Below are positions 50,525 to 61,689 of a DNA stretch of 64,000 nt, piece by piece. Position numbers and translations under genes: made by a program. Under the pieces are notes generated by a model. That model was not told the DNA's origin, did not search any database, and saw only the letters and a list, made by a program, of their open reading frames with translations. This stretch comes from Giardia intestinalis (Eukaryota), in the NCBI GenBank assembly GCA_000002435.2, contig CM018792.1; one strand, written 5' to 3'. Position 1 is the first letter of the stretch. Every line of letters begins with the position of its first letter.

Positions 50525-53500
50525 TATAGTTATCTAGTTATGCCAGTTGATTACATGTGTCATACATAACGTGGTAGCCAATAGCTTAATATAATGCTAT
50601 CAATACATATGGTTATCATATTAAGACGCAGGACCTAAATGCTACAGGCGGCCTCAGAAAAAGCTCTCTGAGGGAACAAGAAGTGAGGCGACTAATGCAC
50701 CGAGGATGCTGCAGGCCTCTGTCCACGGAATGCAAACCCATTACTATGCAATTCGCTACCACAGGCTTCTGTTTGCGGTGACACAACTGCTGGGTGTCGC
50801 CACGCTCTGGAAGCTAGTGTACGGGCTCACGTTGTAAGGCCGGCGGACCGGAGGATGCAGGGGCCACAGGGTAGCGACTGACCATCATGGTTCTATAGGC
50901 TCTGCGGCTAGTAGCACAGGGGCAGGGATGCTGCATCCCGGTGATTGGCTCAGGGCCGCACTATCCAATGGGCCGACGACCCTCATGTTGTTTCAATCTG
51001 ACGTGGCCTCCACTGCTGCTCCCGTACGAGTTGGAGAAGGGGCTGGCCCCATCGAATGCGGCAGAGAACAACAGGCGCCCGGCCTTCGGGCGAGGAAGCT
51101 GGGTGATCTCGTCCAGGCGAAGCCGACTCCTCACCGTCCTCTGGGTCCTGCCTCTTCTACCGCCCTGGCACAACATAGCTCGGTAGGGGGCGGCGTGTCT
51201 GCGCTACAGGACGCGTCGTCAAGAAAGAGTGGGCCTGGAGAGACCCGACGGCCACCGCTGGGATAGGCCTCAGAAGCCCTTGGCTGCAGGATACGCTACT
51301 GCCAGGGTCAGTGCAGGCTATGGCTTTGAGGAAGCGCAGGACTGATGGGTGCTATCAGGAAACACCTGGCACGTTCTCGTGTAGAGGGGGACTCAGGCTT
51401 GCGGGCTCGGATGTCTGCCATTTCCGTGTCAAGTTGATGTGACCAGATCAGGGGCAGTGGTCGAGGGATCGATCCACAGGCTCCAGAACAATATGTCGAA
51501 GAACAAGCAATCAGACTGGCGGTGGCTTCGGCAGTGTCGTGGCCCGGGCCTCTTCAGCCGCGCTTGATGGAACCCGACGTTGCGCCAGGCGACGGGACAG
51601 GGCACCGGTCGTCCTTAGAGCATGCAGGAGGCGAGGCTTGTGAGCCCATGGGCGTCTGGCCTGCCAGCTGAGGCCACATCGGTGACGAGGCCCAGGGTGA
51701 TGCAGCGTGGATGACCCTGTGCGCGTGTGCTCTGTGATGACGGGCCTGACGGTGAGTGCAGCAAGGTTATAGGCACGGGCTCTGTCTGGGCCAGGGCCCC
51801 AGAGCTCTTTCTGTCGCAGGGAAGAATAGGGCAGCGCGGTGCAAGGAAGGCATCTAGCAGGATGCTGGGAAACTGACCCGATGTGGCAAATCACGGGCGC
51901 TGCCAAACACGGCGTCTCTTCTCTTAGACAGAAGACAGGCAGAGTGGATGATTGCGGAGGCTGCAGTGTCCGTGGTAGATCGCGGCATCGCAAGGTGGCT
52001 GAGTCTGTGCCGGTGTGTCTGTCCGGGCTCTAAGTGCGCTCTGAGGATCACCTGCTGATGGGCTGGAAGGCCCGAGAAGTGATGCGCTGCCCTTGTCATC
52101 GCGGGCAGCGCCCTGTGGCACGCACTCGAGCCAGCGCCTCCTGGTGGCCAGAAGCAGAGCAGAGGCAGACGGCCGGTCGTGCATCCGTCCAGGCGGCTCA
52201 CTGCGTGTAGAGCGAAGAAGACCACCTGCGCCGCTCGGGTTATTGCTCAGCATCAAGTGCGGATGGAAGGCTGGGCCCGGCAACCAGGGCGCCGACCTGC
52301 ACGCTCCCGTCAGCCATCCCAGGCCGGTCAGAAGCCAGGCTCGACAGGCAGTGCAAATGCCAGGGAAGCCAGCGTGACCATCGGGCCCGCGTTTGAATGC
52401 TAAAAAACTTGGGCAGCGATGGCGACTGTCGTCTTCCTGGGAGGGCGCCTCTTCGCACAGGGTCAGCCGTCCTGGCCCTGCATACTGGGTGCGCGGCTCG
52501 AAGGCGCGCTGTGCTAGTTGTGGACCTGTCAGGCGCTGCAGCCTACGAATAGCACGGACGGATGCAACGGAGTGTCCGCGCAGTGCACTGTCATTGTCCC
52601 AGAGAGCTGTTGTTCTAACCATGCGCCCTACACCGGCTCGGCATACCCCTGCTGCTTCCGCTGCTGGTCTGTCTGCCACTTGTTTATTATAGCGGGGGGC
52701 GCATACGCTTATAGTGTCGTCTAGGCACTGTAGTGGTCTTCTCGGACGGTGCATGTATATTCACATGATGGCCGATGGGTGGAGCGGCTGCCTGATCTTA
52801 GAGCTCTCATTGCAACAAGGCGGGGCGTCGGCTGTCTACACGCCTCTAAGCGAGCCCGCGACCTCTGTGCAGATGCCTGCTCGCCGCGCTCCATAGTGAC
52901 GGCTGTACACCCAGAAGGGGTCGCAGAATCCTCCGCTGTCCTTCGAGGTGGACCACGGCTTGTGCACAGGCTAGCGACGGGGCCTGCGCACCAGTTGCTA
53001 TGGGTCCAGTCTGCCGGGCACCTGGATTACAGTGCACGTCAAGACTGCACACTCGTTTGCATGCTCGCTGCTCGTGTTGGACAGAACTGCGAGGGGTCTG
53101 TCTCTGGCCATCCTCGCCTTAGTGCTTGGCCCTTGATGACACGCCTCAGCAGAGGATGGTGTCTTCTAAGTACTCGGAAGACTATCCGTGCCTGGCGGTT
53201 CCTAGAGAGTCGGTTCGCACAGAAAGCGTAGATGTGCCCGGCGGGCTGGCGGGGTAGGGCTGGGGCTACAGAGACTAGCCATTAGCCCGGATTACAGCAG
53301 GGACACCTGTAGTGCCTCCTCGGCTCCTAAGCGTGGAAAGGCCGTAGAACTTGCAGATGAGTTGGAGGCTGGTTTTTGATTTTATGCATTTGCAGCAGAG
53401 CAGAGTTTACTGAAGGTCCACTTATTCTAAATTCGAGGAGCCTCATCTCCTCCTCACACACGGTGAGATGATCGATTGTAGAGGTGTATTGTGCAAACCG

Positions 53501-55204
53501 GTGGCAGTCAGCGTATATCCAGACGGATACTGCCTGCGTCCTCTTGTGGCAGACCACCACCAGGGCTCCAATCTGCACATCTGTTCTGGCATCTGTCGGG
53601 CAATCATCACCTTTGGTCGAATGATTGCTGTACGTCACACAGCTTGAGCCATCCGTCGACCAGGTGGTGCCATAAGCTCTTGTCCCCTACTTGTCCACCC
53701 GATGCAGACTCTGAGCGCCGCCAGTTGCACTCACGTCTGCACTACTCATCTGGATGCCCCCACTCTTCAAGAGCACATGCCCGCAGCCGATGCTCCGTAT
53801 TACAAGAGGAGCCAGCCGGGCCACTGCGCTGTGCATAGCTCTCCTGGGCGTATTGTTATGCGCGCCCAGCCTTTCCATCTATAAGTCACCACGCAGCTCT
53901 TTCCCACCGTCTCGCGTCCACATGTGCGCCAGCGCCGCCGAGCTTTCGTGGTCTCGAGGGGCCCCTGATGCATGGAGCGCTTGCGCAAAGTCCTTCCACC
54001 ACTGACCCAAGCCGACCCCTCGCAAGATCCTTAGCGGAGTTGCGTCCGAGATGTGTGCCTGCGTTGCTGTCCAGGTGCATGTGCCGGCCCTGGTGCTTCC
54101 CACAAGCTTGCGAGCATCGAGCTGGCCGCTACCGAACCGTATCAGAAGTCAGCACCAGGATGTAGTCCCATCAGTCAGGCTCTGCAGGCTCCCAGAGCTA
54201 CGCATCAAAAGGCCGTTCTTCTTTGGTTGTGCAGCGTGGGGAGATGCACCGAACTACCACACCCTCTCCGTGTGGCGTGGTTTACGACGGGGGACGGGGT
54301 CCCTGTGCTCATGTCTATCTGCCCAGGACGAGTCGCAGCCCGGGTTGACAATGACAAGCGAGCATCGCCCGGCTCCTTGTCAGCGGGTGGGAGATCCCGC
54401 CACCCTAGTACCCACAGCAACGGGTGCCGATCACTGGCAGAGGGACACGACACCCAGGCTCCCGTTCCTTCCACTGATGGTAGCCCACTATGAAGAGCCC
54501 TTTGTCGCCTGCACCAACAACCTCAGGCACTGTGGGTCAGAGCGCCTCCATAGTGGACAGCGGTAGCACTATGATGATCTGGGGTGACAGGAGTCCCGGT
54601 CTATCAACTCAGGAGACAGCACGCTTTGGGCAATGCTTCCCTCCTGTCCAGATCTGGGAGGACTGGCTGCCTTCTGAGCCCACCTGGCACCTTGTCAGGT
54701 GATGGAGTGTCTTAAAGTATTCATTACAAAAGATCAGAAATAGCGCCATGCATTCCCAATAGACCAGAACGTCTCCTAGGCTACTCTATGCTGATTCGCA
54801 CCTTTCATGGACCCTAGCGATCACTGTAATCTTCTCTCGGGATCCCGCAAGGGACTGTCCTTGAGTGCGATTCCCCCACGACAGCCGGGAGTCGCAGACA
54901 TAATCCAAAGGGATGAGAGTACTACAGAGGCTGAGAGGAGAGCGCCGATGCACAGGGGTCCGCAGAGACCCGGTTCGTACAGGGAAGGCGTGGAGGCTGG
55001 CTCTCCAGGGATGTAGAGCCACCAGGAAAGGAGCTGGCAGTGGGGCTTAGGCGCAGCAGAGGCACCCGATCCGTCCTCTGATTGGCCGCGAGGCAGTAGG
55101 CGCATGGGGCGGCATCACCGCTTGTTTTTGGATTTTCTGCTTCCCTGCGCGTTGTGCAGGGGTCCGCAGTGGGCTGAGTATCACAGGCTACACATAGTAG
55201 ATGC
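50525..55204. other. 4.7-kb ORF-poor, moderately GC-rich block without recognisable coding potential
   Basis: The longest ORF is 276 aa with random-looking composition. Both strands are littered with stops. No rRNA 5-prime signature and no TAGGG telomere repeats were found. Confidence 0.5.
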
Positions 55205-55219
55205 GTTTACTACCTAAGT
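55205..55219 (-). promoter_or_regulatory. VSP extended polyadenylation element ACTTAGGTAGTAAAC
   Basis: It lies on the coding strand 2 nt after the VSP TAG stop. It matches the conserved VSP 3-prime element ACTYAGRTAGTRAAY exactly. Confidence 0.8.
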
Positions 55220-55221
55220 AC

Positions 55222-57465
55222 CTACGCCTTCCCTCTGCAGATGAACCACCAGCAGAGGAAGCCGACGAGGCCGGCCACAATGACAACCGCCGCGACAGAG
55301 ATCCCTGCTATGGCACCGGTAGAAAGGCCGCTCTTATTCGTGCTTCCCCCGGTACTTTCACCGTTCATGAGGTAGCAGAGAACGGAGCCACTACCAGCCG
55401 ATGGAGGGGCGCAGCTAGCGCAGTTGGCGACGCCGGTGATGGATCCCCCGTCGCTCTTGTCGCATGCTATACACTTTTCTTTGGACGGGTAGTACCCTGC
55501 AGCGCACACCGTGCACTTGGTGGCGTCGTTCGCATTGCACTCGGAGCACTCAGTGGCGCAGGGAACACACTTCTTAGTGTTACCGCCAGTCTTAGCATAT
55601 CCAGCCTTACACGTGTCGCACTGGTCCTGGCTGGTGCACGTCTTACATCCGGCCGAGCAAGTGATGAGCGCGCCGTTATTCAGCTTGTACCCGTCGGCCG
55701 GAGTCTGACAGGCATCGCTCGCTTCTGCTGCGGCTAAGCAGACGCTCTTTCCGGGGAACTTGGTCGTCTCATAGCAGCCCCCGTTCATACGAAGAAGCCC
55801 GTTGGCGCATTTGTCACAGACACCAGTCCCTTTGGTAGTGCACGTAATAGCCTTTCCGGCCGCCGCCGAGCAGACTCCGTTCTGTGGAAACTGGCCGGCT
55901 TCCTTGCACTTGGAGCAGTAGGCCGTGCCATCGACCGTCAGCTCGCACTTCTCGCAGTTGTTAGCATTTGGCTCGCATCCTGGTTTGCACGTCCCCGTGT
56001 TGCCCTCTCCTTCGTAGCTGAGGGCCTTCTTAGGCTCACAGCTCGTACACCCGTTGGAGTTCCCGTTCGCGCACGTCTTGCACGAGGTATCGCACTTGGC
56101 ACAGGCGGTTTCTTTCTTGTAGTATCCGTCCTTGCAGGTCTCGCACTGTCCTTGCCCGTTGCACAGGAGGCAGTTCTCGACCTCGCACTTCTTGCAGGCC
56201 TTCTTGCCCCCCTCGTTGGTGCCCGCGTAGTAGCCTCCCAGATCTCCGCACGCATCGATGCACTGGCCCGTGGGCGTGAGGGCCTTAGTGCCCTCGCACT
56301 CTGTGCACACCTCCTTGCTTGTCTTCGGCTCACTGCACGTCTTGCAGCCGGGGGTGTTGCACGGCGCCGCAGGGGGGTCGGACTTCTTCATGCACCCGGT
56401 GCCGGCCTCCTCGGGAACGTAGCCCTCAACGCACTCACAAACGCCAGAGGTCTTTTCCTCGTTGGAGTTCAAGGGGCAGCTTTCAACGCACCCCTTCTTG
56501 TTTGGCTGGACCTTCTTCTGGTTTTCGCACGTCTTGCAGGCGACTGCTCCATCGGCGCCCTTCTCGCACGTCGCGCATCCATTGGAGGTCCCCTCGGCGC
56601 ACGCCTTGCACGTCTTCGGCTCAGTGTCGTCGGCGTAGTGGGTGCTTTGATTCTTGCACTCAGTTTCGGTGACGCACGTGCCAGTGTCGCTGCCATTATC
56701 CTTCTTCAGGTACGGCTTGTCGTCCTTACAGGAGGTGCACTTCGCAGCCTCGGTCTTACAGGTCTTGCAACCAGGATCACACGCCTCACAGGTTTTGGTG
56801 CCGCCATTTTTCACGAAGAACCCTTCGGTGCCGGTGCACTCTTCTTCTGTCACGCAGGAGGTGGCTGAATCTGTAGCCGTCTTCAGATACTTACCTTCTT
56901 GGCACGCAGTGCATGTGGCAGCCTTAGTGCCACTAGCTGATAGTTGCTCTGGTTTCTCACAGGTAGCGCACCCAGCCACCCCCGTGTATATCTTATCGCC
57001 AGTAAGTGTTACGCCCGTCGCGTCTCCGCACGAAACAACAGAGTCGTGGGCGTCGTCTGTATCTGCCGGCGGGACAAAGTACTTATTTCCAGCGACAGCC
57101 TCTGTGCACTTACCAGCATCTGCCGCTTGACACATGGCATTGCCAGGGGGTTTTGCTCGTTCATAGCACCCGCCCTTGTACATGAAGGAGTTGCCGTTAC
57201 ATCCTGTACATTTTCCGCCTGCGTGTGTCTTACATACTGCTGTATCAGACGACACATCTGTGCATACCCCGTTGACAGGAGCGCGATCAGCGGGATCTGC
57301 CTTGCATTGAGAGCAATACAATTTACCATCAATCAGAACGTTGCATGCCTCATCGGCACAATTGGTAGTTTGATCTGCACAGGTAGCCGTTCCAGCTTTT
57401 TCTGCTATCTGTGCCGTCCATACAAACTGAAGGATTACCCCCGCGAGAACAAATCTACAGAACAT
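55222..57465 (-). CDS. vsp: variant-specific surface protein (VSP), complete, 747 aa
   Basis: Signal peptide MFCRFVLAGVILQFVWTA. About 11% Cys with many CxxC motifs, and a GGCY motif. C-terminal TM plus invariant CRGKA tail, followed by the VSP poly(A) element. Confidence 0.93.
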   Translation of the reverse strand: MFCRFVLAGVILQFVWTAQIAEKAGTATCADQTTNCADEACNVLIDGKLYCSQCKADPADRAPVNGVCTDVSSDTAVCKTHAGGKCTGCNGNSFMYKGGCYERAKPPGNAMCQAADAGKCTEAVAGNKYFVPPADTDDAHDSVVSCGDATGVTLTGDKIYTGVAGCATCEKPEQLSASGTKAATCTACQEGKYLKTATDSATSCVTEEECTGTEGFFVKNGGTKTCEACDPGCKTCKTEAAKCTSCKDDKPYLKKDNGSDTGTCVTETECKNQSTHYADDTEPKTCKACAEGTSNGCATCEKGADGAVACKTCENQKKVQPNKKGCVESCPLNSNEEKTSGVCECVEGYVPEEAGTGCMKKSDPPAAPCNTPGCKTCSEPKTSKEVCTECEGTKALTPTGQCIDACGDLGGYYAGTNEGGKKACKKCEVENCLLCNGQGQCETCKDGYYKKETACAKCDTSCKTCANGNSNGCTSCEPKKALSYEGEGNTGTCKPGCEPNANNCEKCELTVDGTAYCSKCKEAGQFPQNGVCSAAAGKAITCTTKGTGVCDKCANGLLRMNGGCYETTKFPGKSVCLAAAEASDACQTPADGYKLNNGALITCSAGCKTCTSQDQCDTCKAGYAKTGGNTKKCVPCATECSECNANDATKCTVCAAGYYPSKEKCIACDKSDGGSITGVANCASCAPPSAGSGSVLCYLMNGESTGGSTNKSGLSTGAIAGISVAAVVIVAGLVGFLCWWFICRGKA

Positions 57466-59240
57466 TGGGGTCAGCCGGTTACTAGGAGACGGACAGAACT
57501 ATTAATACATTATTATCAATCTGTGTGATACACAGTAGAGTGTAATACTGGGCACACTTCTGAACGACGTCACGTGAGTGATGAGAACGCCATCCTGTCA
57601 TTCGCGGAGGGCCTCTCATTCTCCCTCGTTATAGACCGTGGCAACAGAGACACAACAGGCAGCTCGTCCGTCTCCGTAAGCATTCCAGGGAGTCCTGCCT
57701 GTCTGTACGAGGAGGTTTACTCTTCCACCAAGGACGGTTTCCGGCTGCTTCCGGTACATCAGTCGTGCCTGGACCGCTAGTCTGTTGACCGCTCGGGATT
57801 TCAGATATGAAGGCTTGGATGTGTCCAGGTTCTGGTGGCGGTGATGGAGTATTCCACGTGGGTTTTTGCAGGGGCGGGTCTTTCTGAAGCATACCGCAGG
57901 CAGATCTGCGATACACTGACCCACTACCATTGACGGGTGCTCTTGCGCTAGTCTTGTATCTGGTTCGCTGATGATCCCCCCTAGACGACATCTTCCGCCA
58001 TCTCTCGGAGAAGCGCGGTCTCAGACCAACCTCCAGTGGAACAACTCATCAGTTCCGCCTGTGTGGCGGGCTTCAGGCTTACCTGCAGGCGTAATCCAGA
58101 AATTTCACGAGTGGGTCTCGTCATTCCTGGCCAGTTCAGAGACGAGGGTTGGTCGTTAATGATATAATAGGGATCTCCCTTCACTTGTATACCAGGAGTC
58201 TTTTGCGTCTCTCAGTCGCTCCGCAGGGGTGTGCTCAGGCTGAGTATGCACGCCGGTCCTTTCGGGGTTCAGGCCTTCTCGTGGACTCTCTGCTCTATCA
58301 GTGGCGCCTCTCCTTGGTCTGCCGCCTTGGTGGGTGTAACTCTGGTCACTGTCCTTTTTTAGATGCTCCCGTCTGTCAGGGGCCGTCATCGGGCTCTCCG
58401 CTGGCTGGGCCTCTCAGTGTCCGGGCAGCTGTGGCTCGAGTCAGGGCTCCCACGGTCGCGGTCACTTGGGTCTCAGTGGGTCAGCTGGTGGGTGAGGCGG
58501 GGTTGGTGGGTGAGGCTGGAGGGCTCTGGTGGGGGCTGAGGCGGGGGGTGTTGTATGTGCCTCTGGATCCGGTGGGCCAGTGGGGTGGTGGGTGATCCCC
58601 TCTCTGTTTGCCAAGGTGGTTGCGTCTGATCCCCAGCCTTCGTTGCACTCCTGAGACAGAGGCACCGACGATCGTGTCGTGTCCCCTGACTGAGCGCCTC
58701 CCTTGGCCCCTGCATGTCTCGGGCAGTACTGCTTCTCTGTTTGACTAGTACGTGAGTGTTGAGGCAGGCCATCGCAGCCTCTCCTGTTGCTCGCTGGTGC
58801 TCTGTGCGGGTCTGCTGAGCCCCTGGCATGCCCTGTCCAGTGCCTCGACGGTAGTTCACCTCGGGCCAGCAGGGGTGTGGATGAGCCTGTGGATGGGATG
58901 GGGTGCTCTCAGGCCTCTAGTGTGATGGCCCTCGAAGACTGGCATGGTGGGGACCGGGTGGGCGGTGTTGTATGTGTCCCTGGTCCGGTGGGCCATGTCG
59001 GGTGATCGCAGCTGTGGTGACTGGAGGCTGTCTATCTGTGACCCATCCCTCTGTGGACTCGGGAGTGCCCTCCGCCCAGGCAACAGTGGTGCTGCTGGGG
59101 CCCTCGCCTGCGGGCGCTGTCCAAAATCTCGCGAGTAAATTCCCGCTCAATTTTTGGCGATGTCCGGAGACGAGGGTTGGTCACGGGCCGTAACGATAAT
59201 CACAGCGGTTGTAAGGAGGAGCTATCTGCGTTCCTCGGCT
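57195..59240. repeat. left arm of perfect inverted duplication (mirror coordinate = 121195 - x); contains VSP 5-prime 270 bp + 1.77 kb upstream
   Basis: Every ORF of 60 aa or more in this arm has a letter-identical twin on the opposite strand of 61955-64000. Examples are 58149..58595(+) with 62600..63046(-), and 58972..59193(+) with 62002..62223(-). Direct base check: 57466-57640 equals the reverse complement of 63555-63729. Identity ends at 59240/61955. The outer limit is set by the window end. Confidence 0.9.
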
Positions 59241-59930
59241 GTTCCGTGGGCGTGCGCACAGCTGGACCTGAAGCGTCGAAGAGCCCGCGAGGACCCGATC
59301 CGCATTATGAATGCAAGATCGTACCTCCGGGGCCCCCAGAGAGCAATCGTGAGTCTCTACTCGGGGGACCACTCCGAAGACGTTTACTCTCTCAGCAGGA
59401 CACACGTGCTGGCTCTGTGGCCAACCGTGTGAGAGCGCCAAGCAACTAACCGAGCACCTGAGAGAAGCAAACGATGACAGACACAGAGTGCTGGGCGACG
59501 ACAAGTTGATCATTCCGGCCCAGTACCGAACCGGACAGCTGCCATGCTCATCCACCAAGGTGCACGCATGATCGCGAGCATCGAGCAGGCTGGGACTGGG
59601 GTCGCGCTCCCCGCTATCAAGGGCCTGAACGCCCTGGTGGGAAGCCCCAGAAGACTCAAGCAACACAGTAGAGCAGGCCCAGAGTAAGGCAGACCCAGAC
59701 CCCGAGAAGGCGAGACGCCGGATAGCAAACAGGGTGAACAACGCGCTGAGCTTCGGGGCAGTTGCTAAGGCTCTCCGCGCCCTTGATGAGACACCCATGG
59801 TAGACATCAAGTCGGAGAAGGCCGACCGCCCTCAGCGCGCTACACCTGTGCGTCCTCCCGAAGGCTACGTTGGCCTTGACTACCCTCCATCGATGAACTC
59901 GACGGGCTGGAGCCGGCAACCGAGGAGGAA

Positions 59931-60676
59931 ATGAGGAAGGCCCTGTTGGGACTCTCAACAAGAAGGCCTCGGGCCGGTCCAGCTCAAGGCGATGAAGCAG
60001 AGCGACAGCTTCGTGAAGTACCTCACGCAGGCATACAACGAGCTGACCACCCACCCCGAGGCGATGCCAGAGGTGATGGCCATGCTCGAGTTCCGGGCGA
60101 TCCTCATCCCGAAGGAGTCCGACGGATACCGCCCGATCGCGATAGGCGAGACGGTGACAAACATCTTCCACCGCGTCCTGCTGAAGGGCTGATCAGGCAT
60201 GCCAACTACCTCTTGTGCGAACAGATCGCCTTCATGCAGAACGCATACGCGGTAGGTGTGAGGAGGGCCCACGAGCTCATCAGCAGGCGGGGATGCACGC
60301 CGTCTCCCTCGACATAACGAACGCCCTCAACTCGCTCCCGAGGGCAGAGGTCGCCAGAGCCCTGAACGAGGCGGGCGTCCCGAAGGTCATGGTCGACCAC
60401 ATCGGGGACTTCCTCGACCTGAGGCACAGCCGGGACGTGAAGTGCGAGGTCTGCGGCGTCCCCCAGGGCGACCCGCTCAGCATGCTCCTCTTCTGCATGG
60501 CCATCGAGCGCCTCCTGAGACGCCTCAAGGAGAGAGGCATCCCCTTCCTTGCCTATGCGGACGACATCGTGGCGTTCCACGACGAGGCCTACCCGGCAGG
60601 TGTGATAACACAGCTGGCCATGGGCCTGACGATCAGGAGCGACAATGCAAGTCCACCATGGCGGGCGAGGAGGTGA
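59931..60676 (+). pseudogene. reverse transcriptase domain remnant (frameshifted)
   Basis: RT motifs 0, 1, 2, 3, A, B-prime/C (YADD) are spread over three reading frames (ORFs 59931.., 59992..60192, 60215..60676). Confidence 0.8.
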
Positions 60677-61219
60677 CCTTCCTCAACCACCCGGTGTCCC
60701 CCACTCCAGCAAGCCTTACCCCAAAGGCCATCGCAGGTGCTGAGACTGCCCTGAGGAAGATCGAGAACGCCCCAATAACCACCCACCAGAAGCTCATCCT
60801 GCTGTCACTCTGTGTGATCCCGATGGTGAACTACGCCCCCCTGGTCGAGATAACATCGGACAAGGCGGACTACGAGGAGCTGACAGACGTCGCACAAGGC
60901 TTCAGCAAGCTAGCCAACAGAAGCTGCGATCGCCTGGTCGACTTCCTGGCGTACCCGAAGGAGAAGGGCGGCCCGGGCCTGCTCATGCTGGGACTCTACC
61001 ACGACGAGCTGCGGAGGGCATGGACTCCCTGGACGTCAACAAGGGGGCCAGAGACCCGGTGGAGCTGTCGGTGGAAGGCCAGGCACTGCAAGGGAAGGGG
61101 GCCTACTTCAACCGCCTCCTCACGCGCACACACCAGCTTTCGGACAGAGCGGCGGCGTGCTGACCGAGGAGGAAAGGGCCCTGAAGCAGAGAGATGGCTC
61201 GATCATGGGGCAGACAAGA

Positions 61220-61689
61220 GGCACCTGCCCGGGCTGCCACACGGCAAGGACCCTCGACCGCGACATGATCGTCACGTGCCTGTACCTCCGCGTCTCGGGG
61301 AAGCTCAACCGGAGCTGGAAGTCAAGACCCACAGCCACCTCAGCGACCAGAACCAGAAGCCCGACATCTGGCTCGTCGACAAGTGCAAGGCAGTGGACGT
61401 GCGTGTCATCCAGCCCCGCCAGATGGATGCCTACTACAACGAGAAGGCCAAGAAGTACAGGGACGGGACGCTCCCGATCATCTACGGGACAGATGGATCC
61501 CTCCACCCCAAGTCCAAGGGGCACCTCGAGGAGCTCCACGTGGACCTCTGTCCGGGCTGCCTTCGCCATCGCCTACATGGCTGCAGAGGCGAACGAGCAC
61601 CTGACGGAGCTGATCAGACGCGACCGGGCCGAAAGCCTGGTCACCCAGAGCGACCGTCTCCTGTCATCCTACTTCTGACAACCGAATGA
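61220..61689 (+). pseudogene. Cys-His motif + restriction-enzyme-like (PD-D/ExK) endonuclease remnant
   Basis: CPGCH...C is in one frame. KPDIWLVDKCKAVDVRVIQ...EKAKKY is in another. The ORF ends at 61689 and is followed by a ~265 bp tail with no poly(A) tract. Confidence 0.6.

Noticed and set aside
50525-55204. Possibility that the GC-rich gene desert is an rDNA unit, as Giardia rDNA is subtelomeric and GC-rich
   Set aside because: GC content is only moderate (~60%). No CATCCGGTCGATCCTGCC-type SSU 5-prime end and no GTAGGTGAACCTGC 3-prime end was seen. No long G/C-only runs typical of Giardia rRNA.
55511-57528. Plus-strand ORFs (e.g. 56152..56868, 56944..57528) overlapping the VSP
   Set aside because: Antisense or flank frames of the VSP. 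The 56944..57528 frame simply reads through the VSP start into the palindrome arm.
24995-59142. Shared 13-mer GAGTAAATTCCCG at the radical SAM 3-prime end (24994) and inside the palindrome arm (59134)
   Set aside because: It is explained by the common AGTAAAT poly(A)-signal consensus plus chance extension. No longer homology around it.
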